Shown piece by piece: positions 46,337 through 57,894 of a DNA stretch of 57,894 nucleotides. Location of the stretch: positions 1-57,894 of the forward strand of contig JAUNWQ010000002.1 in NCBI GenBank assembly GCA_030540225.1, given 5' to 3'. The notes under the pieces were generated by a model. It saw only the letters and a program-made list of their open reading frames with translations. It did no database searches and was not told the origin of the DNA. Position numbers and translations under genes: made by a program. Source of the stretch: Coriobacteriia bacterium (GTDB lineage: Bacteria > Actinomycetota > Coriobacteriia > Coriobacteriales > Eggerthellaceae). Positions within the stretch are counted from its first letter, which is position 1; each line of letters starts with the position of its first letter.

Positions 46337-48943
46337 ATGGCCAACGACAATCCCACTTCATCTGATCAGGTCATTCCAGCAGCAGGCAACCCTGCACCCT
46401 ATCTGCAAAACCGCGAGCTGTCATGGCTCGATTTCAACGAGCGCGTACTCGAACAGGGCGCCGACGAGTCGGTTCCTCTTCTGCAGCGTCTGAACTTCAT
46501 CTCCATCTTCTGGAGCAACCTGCAGGAATTCTTCATGGTGCGCGTCGGCAGCCTGACCGACTTATCGCTCGTGAAGAAGCACATTGTCGATTCCAAGTCC
46601 AACATGACGCCTTCTGAGCAGCTTCGCGCTATCTACCTGCGCTGCCACGAGCTCTACCCTGCCTACGAACGCACCTTCGAGCAGGTTCGACTGCTGTTGA
46701 ACAAGGTCGGGGTCACGCACGTTCGTCCCGACGAGCTCACCGATGAGCAGCGTTCCTACCTGGCAGAATACGCCGAAGCCAACGTGACACCGTTCCTCTC
46801 CCCGCAGATCATCAATGCCCGCCACCCCTTCCCGCATCTGGAAAACGGCGCGCTCTACATCGTCGTGCGCCTCGACGAAGAAGCCGACAAAGCCCAAGAC
46901 CAGGCAAAAAGCGAGCACAAGAAGAAGGACAAGAAAGGCAAGAAAAGCAAGGGGAAGCCGGCGAAAGAATCCACGAAGAACGCTTCCCTTTCGCAAAACG
47001 TCGGCGCCGAGGGAACCATGCTCGGCCTCATCCCCCTGCCGCGCCAGTGCGCGCGCGTTGTGAAGCTGCCGGGCGATGGTTTTTCCTTCATCTTGCTTGA
47101 GCATGTGGTGGAAATGGTCGCCGAACAGGTGTTTTCCATGTACACCGTGAAGCACACCAACGTCATCTGCGTCACACGCAACGCCGACATCGACGCGACG
47201 GAGTCCACCGATGAGAACGACGAGGACTACCGCGAGCACATGAAGCGCATCCTGAAGAAGCGCGCGCGTCTGGCCCCGGTACGCCTCGAAAGCGAGCGCG
47301 AGCTCTCCGACACCCTCGAGCCGCTGCTACTCGACCGCCTGAACCTGAAGAAGCACCAGGTGTTCACGACGTCGGTGCCGCTCGATTTGAGCTTCACCTG
47401 GGGTTTGGCATCGCATCTTTCCGAAAAGCAGTGCGCGGCGCTTATGTATCCGCCGTTCACGCCGCAGTGGCCGGCATGCCTCGACCGCAAACGCCCCATC
47501 ATGGAGCAGGTCACGGCAGGCGGCGACGTGCTGCTTTCCTACCCCTACGAGAGCATGGACCCGTTCGTGCAGCTTCTGCGCGAAGCGTCACGCGACCCGC
47601 GAGTCATCTCAATCAAGATCACGCTCTACCGCCTGGCCAGCCAGTCGCATCTCGCCGAGGCGCTCATCGACGCCGCCGAGAACGGCAAGGAGGTCACCGC
47701 GCTGTTCGAGCTGCGCGCCCGCTTCGACGAGAGCAACAATATCGAATGGTCGCAACGTTTTGAGCAGGCCGGATGCAACGTCATCTACGGTTTCCGCGAC
47801 TACAAGGTGCACAGCAAGATCTGCTGCATCACCCGCCAGACCGACGACGGCATCCAGCACATCACACAGCTCGGCACGGGCAATTACAACGAGAAGACGG
47901 CGAAGCTCTACACCGACCTGTCGCTTATCACGACAAGCCCCACGATCGGCCGCGATGCGACGGAGTTCTTCCGCAACATGGCGCTCGAGAACGTGTCGGA
48001 CAACTACGACGTGCTGTGGGTGGCGCCCCTGCAGGTGAAGCCGCTCATCCTGAAAAACATCGACCACCAGATCGAACTTGCGCGCCGCGGCGAGCCGTGT
48101 GGGCTGTTCTTCAAGACGAACTCGGTCACCGACAAGGAGATCATCGACAAGATCGCCGAGGCATCGCAGGCGGGCGTGAAGACCGTCATGCTCGTTCGCG
48201 GGATATCGTGCCTGGTCCCAGGCGTGGAAGGCTACACTGAGAACGTGCGCGTCGTGTCCATTGTGGGACGCATGCTCGAGCATAGCCGCATCTACGGCTT
48301 CGGACCGCGCACGAACATGAAAATATACCTGGCGAGCGCCGACCTCATGACGCGCAACATGGACAAGCGCGTGGAAATCGCCTGGCCCGTGCTCGACGAG
48401 AAGCTGCGCGACCGCATTCTGTCCTACATCGATGTCTCGCTTTCCGACACGGCGAAACTGCGCGAGCTGCTTCCCAACCGTCGTTACACGCCGCTTGGGT
48501 TCTTCGCGCAGGTGAGCCCCGAGGGCAAGACGATTCGCTTCGACTCGCAGGTGCATTTCATGGACGAGGCGCGACTTAAGGCGCGCATGAGCACCGAGGT
48601 GGAAGTCGAGCGCGAGGTAGAGAAGCGCGAGGCGGCCGCGGTCGCGACGAACGTGGCACCAAGTGCGGGCACGGCAACTCCCGCGACCTCGGAGGCTGCC
48701 ACAGTTCCTCCAGAGGCGATGAGCGCAACGAACAGCGCCGCTCCCGCTGACGCGGCTAGCGGCTCCCCTTCCGCTGACGCGACCGGCACCAGCGAGCCAG
48801 CGCTCGAGCCCGATGCCATCGAGCCCGCCGAGGAAGTGACGACCACGGCGATCTTGCCCCACATCGAGCAACCGCCGCACAAGCCAAGCCTGCTCGTGCG
48901 CGCACTTGCCGCAGCCATTCGCTTCTCCAACAGGAGGAAATAA
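46337..48943 (+). CDS. ppk1: Polyphosphate kinase 1
   Basis: NRELSWLDFNERV, EFFMVRV, HPFP, IKITLYR, ELRARFDE, KVHSK, TGNYN, LEHSR, SADLMTRN. AAGGAGG RBS before ATG 46337. Confidence 0.95.
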   Translation: MANDNPTSSDQVIPAAGNPAPYLQNRELSWLDFNERVLEQGADESVPLLQRLNFISIFWSNLQEFFMVRVGSLTDLSLVKKHIVDSKSNMTPSEQLRAIYLRCHELYPAYERTFEQVRLLLNKVGVTHVRPDELTDEQRSYLAEYAEANVTPFLSPQIINARHPFPHLENGALYIVVRLDEEADKAQDQAKSEHKKKDKKGKKSKGKPAKESTKNASLSQNVGAEGTMLGLIPLPRQCARVVKLPGDGFSFILLEHVVEMVAEQVFSMYTVKHTNVICVTRNADIDATESTDENDEDYREHMKRILKKRARLAPVRLESERELSDTLEPLLLDRLNLKKHQVFTTSVPLDLSFTWGLASHLSEKQCAALMYPPFTPQWPACLDRKRPIMEQVTAGGDVLLSYPYESMDPFVQLLREASRDPRVISIKITLYRLASQSHLAEALIDAAENGKEVTALFELRARFDESNNIEWSQRFEQAGCNVIYGFRDYKVHSKICCITRQTDDGIQHITQLGTGNYNEKTAKLYTDLSLITTSPTIGRDATEFFRNMALENVSDNYDVLWVAPLQVKPLILKNIDHQIELARRGEPCGLFFKTNSVTDKEIIDKIAEASQAGVKTVMLVRGISCLVPGVEGYTENVRVVSIVGRMLEHSRIYGFGPRTNMKIYLASADLMTRNMDKRVEIAWPVLDEKLRDRILSYIDVSLSDTAKLRELLPNRRYTPLGFFAQVSPEGKTIRFDSQVHFMDEARLKARMSTEVEVEREVEKREAAAVATNVAPSAGTATPATSEAATVPPEAMSATNSAAPADAASGSPSADATGTSEPALEPDAIEPAEEVTTTAILPHIEQPPHKPSLLVRALAAAIRFSNRRK

Positions 48944-49046
48944 CGAAAGCGATTCCCAAAAAAGAGGGGGGCAGAACGTCCAGAGGAAGAGGCTTGCCAG
49001 GACTCTCCAAGGGAAAAGGCAACCGAGCCTGTCCACAAGAACAAAG

Positions 49047-49086
49047 AAAAGCCAGGGTGCGACTTCACATCGCCCCTGGCTTTTTC
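49047..49086. terminator. Bidirectional terminator between ppk1 and the LRR gene
   Basis: AAAAGCCAGGG...CCCTGGCTTTTT. Confidence 0.75.
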
Positions 49087-49198
49087 CTTGCTCGCAGGAT
49101 ACGGCGTACGACTCCCATGCAGGGCATGCTTCCTTCGCGATTCCGTGCACCTCGCGCAACTCGCACGCCGCACACACGCCCAGCACGCACCCCATACG

Positions 49199-50149
49199 CT
49201 AGAGCATCGCGAGCAGCTCCTCGTTGGTCGGGTTGTCGAGCGCGTCGATCAAATCGCGCACCTCCGCAAGCTGGCCTTCCACCTCGTCGAGCCGCGCCTG
49301 AATCCGCTCCTTCTCCGCGCGCGCGAACATACCCAAGCCAGCGAGCTGTTTGCGCAGCTCGTCCTCTTCGGCGCACAGGCGCTTGCCATCGGCCATGAGC
49401 TCCGCCCGATCAGCCTCGTGCGCCTCCTGAAACGCCGCCGAAAGCCGCGTGTGCTCGGTCTTCAGCACGACGCCCGCCCTTGCCGCCACCTCCTGCGTGA
49501 ACGACTCGGGAAAACGCTGCACGATGCTCTCGGGAATCGAGGCCGCATCGAGGCTGGTGCATCCGCGAAACGCCCGCGGCTCGATCTCCTCCACACTCTC
49601 GGGGATCACAACCTCGCGAAGTGCTTGACATCCCGAGAAGGCCTCCTCCCCGATCACCTTCAACGTGCTGGGCAGCTCAATCCGCTCAAGTTCGGTACAG
49701 CTCGCGAACGCACGGCGCCCGATCGTCTCCAAGGCTCCAAATTGCACATCGATAAGCGAGGTGCAGCGCTGGAAGGCGTAGCGGTTGATTTCGGTCACCC
49801 CGGGCGCCACGACGCGGGAAAGCGAAGTTGCGCCTTGGAACGTGGCATCGTCGATACAGCCAAGCGTGTCGGCAAACGTTATCTCGCGCAGCGAGGTGCA
49901 GTGTTGGAAGGCGCGCTTTCCCACCATGGCGACATCGCCTGGAAAGTCGACCTGCACGAGGTTGCGGCAGCCGTCGAAAGCGGCATCCCCCACCTCGATG
50001 AGGCTTTGGGGGGCGCGCAAGGAGCGCACCTCGCCCTTGAAGCGAAACGCCTTCGCCCCGATGCCGACGACACCGTCGGGCAGCACGGCATCGATGCGCT
50101 CATCCGGCTCGTCGGGGGTGAACTTCGCGACTATGATCTCGTATGCCAT
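49199..50149 (-). CDS. BspA-type (LRR_5) leucine-rich repeat protein with a C-terminal coiled coil
   Basis: Repeats of LPxxLxxIGxxAFxGCxxL (for example IELPSTLKVIGEEAFSGCQAL). No signal peptide seen. Confidence 0.85.
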   Translation of the reverse strand: MAYEIIVAKFTPDEPDERIDAVLPDGVVGIGAKAFRFKGEVRSLRAPQSLIEVGDAAFDGCRNLVQVDFPGDVAMVGKRAFQHCTSLREITFADTLGCIDDATFQGATSLSRVVAPGVTEINRYAFQRCTSLIDVQFGALETIGRRAFASCTELERIELPSTLKVIGEEAFSGCQALREVVIPESVEEIEPRAFRGCTSLDAASIPESIVQRFPESFTQEVAARAGVVLKTEHTRLSAAFQEAHEADRAELMADGKRLCAEEDELRKQLAGLGMFARAEKERIQARLDEVEGQLAEVRDLIDALDNPTNEELLAML

Positions 50150-50175
50150 GGGTCTCCCTCACCTCGCGCACCAGG

Positions 50176-50206
50176 AAAGAAATCGCCCCCGATGAACAGG
50201 GGCGAT
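50176..50206 (-). terminator. glmM terminator
   Basis: ATCGCCCC...GGGGCGAT followed by TTCTTT on the minus strand. Confidence 0.6.
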
Positions 50207-50218
50207 ATGCGATATCTT

Positions 50219-51595
50219 CTAGATTTCGGCCTCAACTACAGCGGCGATCGCCTCGGCGTGGGCCTTCGCGGCGTCCGCGTCCTCCGCCTCGACCATCACG
50301 CGAACCACAGGCTCCGTGCCGCTTGGGCGCAGCAGCACGCGGCCCGAATCGCCAAGCGCTTCCTCGGCCTTCGCGACGGCGGCGGCGATAGCCTCGTTAC
50401 CTTCAACCGCATGCTTGTCGCGCACCCGCACGTTGATAAGCGTCTGCGGGAACTTCTTCATGATGGAAACGACGTCGGCCACCGGCGTGCCCGCGCGCTT
50501 CACCGCCGCAAGGAACTGGCAAGCCGTCATAAGGCCGTCCCCCGTGGAGTTGTGCTCAAGCAGGATCATGTGGCCCGATTGCTCGCCGCCGATGGCGTAG
50601 CCCTTCGCGCGCATCTCCTCGAGAACATAGCGGTCGCCCACCTTCGTCTGCACGACAGTGATGCCGTTGTCGCGCATCGCATGGACAAACCCGAGGTTGC
50701 ACATCACGGTGGACACGACGGTGTCCTCGGGCAGGCACCCGCGGCGCTTCATGTCGAGCGCGCACACGGCCTCGACCATATCGCCGTCGATCTCGGTGCC
50801 GTCGGGCGTCATGAGCATCACGCGGTCGGCATCGCCGTCGTGCGCCACGCCGACGTCTGCACCGCTTTCGCGCATAAGCTGGGCAAGCGGTTCGAGATGG
50901 GTGGAACCGCAGTTCACGTTGATGTCGGTGCCGTCGAAGTCCTCGTTGATGGCGATGACCTCCGCTCCCAAGCGGCGGAAGGCCTCAGCGCTCGTGAGCG
51001 ACGAGGCGCCATGCCCCGTGTCGAGCGCGATGCGCATGCCCGAGAAGTCGATGCCCTGCGCGCGCACGCTCTGAACAGCATGCTCGATGTAGATCTCGCA
51101 GGCCTCGTCAACGGGAAGGGCAACGCCCACCTCGTCGCCAGGAAGCATCGCGGCGGCGTCCTCGCCCTCCGCACCCTCTTTGGCTCGAGCAGCAGCACCC
51201 TCGAGGCCGCCCTGCTTGATGAACTCCTCGATCTTATCTTCCACCTCGTCGGGAAGCTTGTAGCCCTCGGCGTCGAAGAGCTTAATGCCGTTGTACTCCG
51301 GCGGGTTATGCGAAGCGGAGATCACCGCACCGCCGTCGGCGTGCAGCTCGCGCACGAGCAGCGCAACCGCAGGCGTGGGGATGATCCCCACCGAAAGCTC
51401 GGTCCCTCCCGCGCTCATGATGCCGGCGGCAAGCGCCGATTCCAGCATGTCGCCCGACAGGCGGGTGTCCTTGCCGACCACGATGTTCTTGCCGAGGAAC
51501 ACGGCCGCAGCCTGTCCCAAACGATAGGCAAGCTCGCAGGTGAGCTCGGTGTTCGCGACTCCGCGGACACCGTCGGTTCCAAATAGACGTGCCAT
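50219..51595 (-). CDS. glmM: Phosphoglucosamine mutase
   Basis: LFGTDGVRG, ISASHNP, DGDADR, GGEQSGH, RPSGTEP. Confidence 0.95.
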   Translation of the reverse strand: MARLFGTDGVRGVANTELTCELAYRLGQAAAVFLGKNIVVGKDTRLSGDMLESALAAGIMSAGGTELSVGIIPTPAVALLVRELHADGGAVISASHNPPEYNGIKLFDAEGYKLPDEVEDKIEEFIKQGGLEGAAARAKEGAEGEDAAAMLPGDEVGVALPVDEACEIYIEHAVQSVRAQGIDFSGMRIALDTGHGASSLTSAEAFRRLGAEVIAINEDFDGTDINVNCGSTHLEPLAQLMRESGADVGVAHDGDADRVMLMTPDGTEIDGDMVEAVCALDMKRRGCLPEDTVVSTVMCNLGFVHAMRDNGITVVQTKVGDRYVLEEMRAKGYAIGGEQSGHMILLEHNSTGDGLMTACQFLAAVKRAGTPVADVVSIMKKFPQTLINVRVRDKHAVEGNEAIAAAVAKAEEALGDSGRVLLRPSGTEPVVRVMVEAEDADAAKAHAEAIAAVVEAEI

Positions 51596-51598
51596 AGG

Positions 51599-52078
51599 CT
51601 ACTTACCCCTTTTAACGTGGCCTTGCTTGAGGCGAACCGCCCCCGAAGGTCGCTCTTCGTCGGTCATGCGCTCGTTGAGCTCGGCGGCGAACTCATCCAA
51701 GTCGATGCCATAACGCTCGAGCACAACAAGAAGATGATACACTACGTCTGCCGCCTCATAGCGCAGGTGGTCGGTGCACGCATCAACGCGCTCGCCCGCG
51801 GCTGCGACCAGCGCTTCATGGCCGTGCGCGTGGTGCTCCATAGCCCGCAACATCACGAGCTCGGACTCGACGTCCTTGGCGGCAAGCCCCACTTCCCCAG
51901 CCTCTTCCATCACCTTCTTGAGCGGCTTGTCGGCCGGCCCATAGAGAAGCTGGTGCGTGTAGCTTTCCTCGCCCGCATCCCGGCGCGCGCGAATCGTCGC
52001 AGCGAGCGCCTCGATTGTGGTTGCGATCTGCGAAGACGGGGCAACCTCGCCTTCGGGGACATACGTTTTCTCAGACAT
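51599..52078 (-). CDS. hisE: Phosphoribosyl-ATP pyrophosphohydrolase
   Basis: SYT..L, KKVMEEAGEV, YEAADVVYHLLV. Confidence 0.88.
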   Translation of the reverse strand: MSEKTYVPEGEVAPSSQIATTIEALAATIRARRDAGEESYTHQLLYGPADKPLKKVMEEAGEVGLAAKDVESELVMLRAMEHHAHGHEALVAAAGERVDACTDHLRYEAADVVYHLLVVLERYGIDLDEFAAELNERMTDEERPSGAVRLKQGHVKRGK

Positions 52079-52287
52079 ATGCGCCTTTCCTTGACCTGAC
52101 GCCCCATGCGGATTGCGAGGGGGACAATCCCCCTATCCGCGAGGCTTCCTTGTCCTACACGGGAAAATGACGAGAGGCCCCGAGGTACCCAGGATCGCTC
52201 GTGCGCACGCTTGCGTACTTGGAAGGTACGCGCCGCGATGCGCAGGGGCAAAGCTGAGTGCCTCAGGGCCTCACAGCGTCAAGTGGA

Positions 52288-52311
52288 TCCGCCGCCCGTG
52301 GGGGCGGCGGA
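52288..52311 (-). terminator. GC hairpin immediately after the rpoC stop
   Basis: TCCGCCGCCC..GGGCGGCGGA; weak U-tract. Confidence 0.5.
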
Positions 52312-52315
52312 GTGA

Positions 52316-56728
<4,413 letters not shown>

Positions 56729-56731
56729 CTC

Positions 56732-57894
<1,163 letters not shown>

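Noticed and set aside
48950-49045. Purine-rich quasi-repeats of about 26-27 bp after ppk1
   Set aside because: Too degenerate to distinguish from low-complexity intergenic sequence.

Overview
High-GC actinobacterial chromosome segment; gene content and order suggest Coriobacteriia (Eggerthellaceae-like), which is an inference. Most of it is housekeeping: rsmI, gltBD, a 1624-aa CoA-substrate activase with its TetR regulator, DUF711, ettA, tlyA, lysC-asd, recJ-helicase/rel, ppx-ppk1, glmM, hisE, rpoC and the 3' part of rpoB. Accessory patches are an IS3 remnant (55-380), a Tm-1-like gene pair followed by two convergent HipA-family kinases (3.4-8.9 kb), and a more AT-rich islet (22.9-27.6 kb). 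No rRNA, tRNA or CRISPR array was seen. The most notable observations are: (1) an RNA-polymerase alpha-CTD-like domain with conserved DNA-binding residues fused to the C-terminus of beta'; (2) an unannotated 26-aa type I toxin-like gene between two mirror-image convergent promoters; (3) a hipBA cassette bracketed by a duplicated 32-bp terminator; (4) a shared GTAAAG-N5-GTAAAG-like (PHO-box-like) motif upstream of four phosphate-related genes; (5) three 32-bp-phased repeats upstream of an AAA-ATPase remnant; (6) two solitary SLH micro-ORFs. All calls are by eye from motifs; no database search was run.
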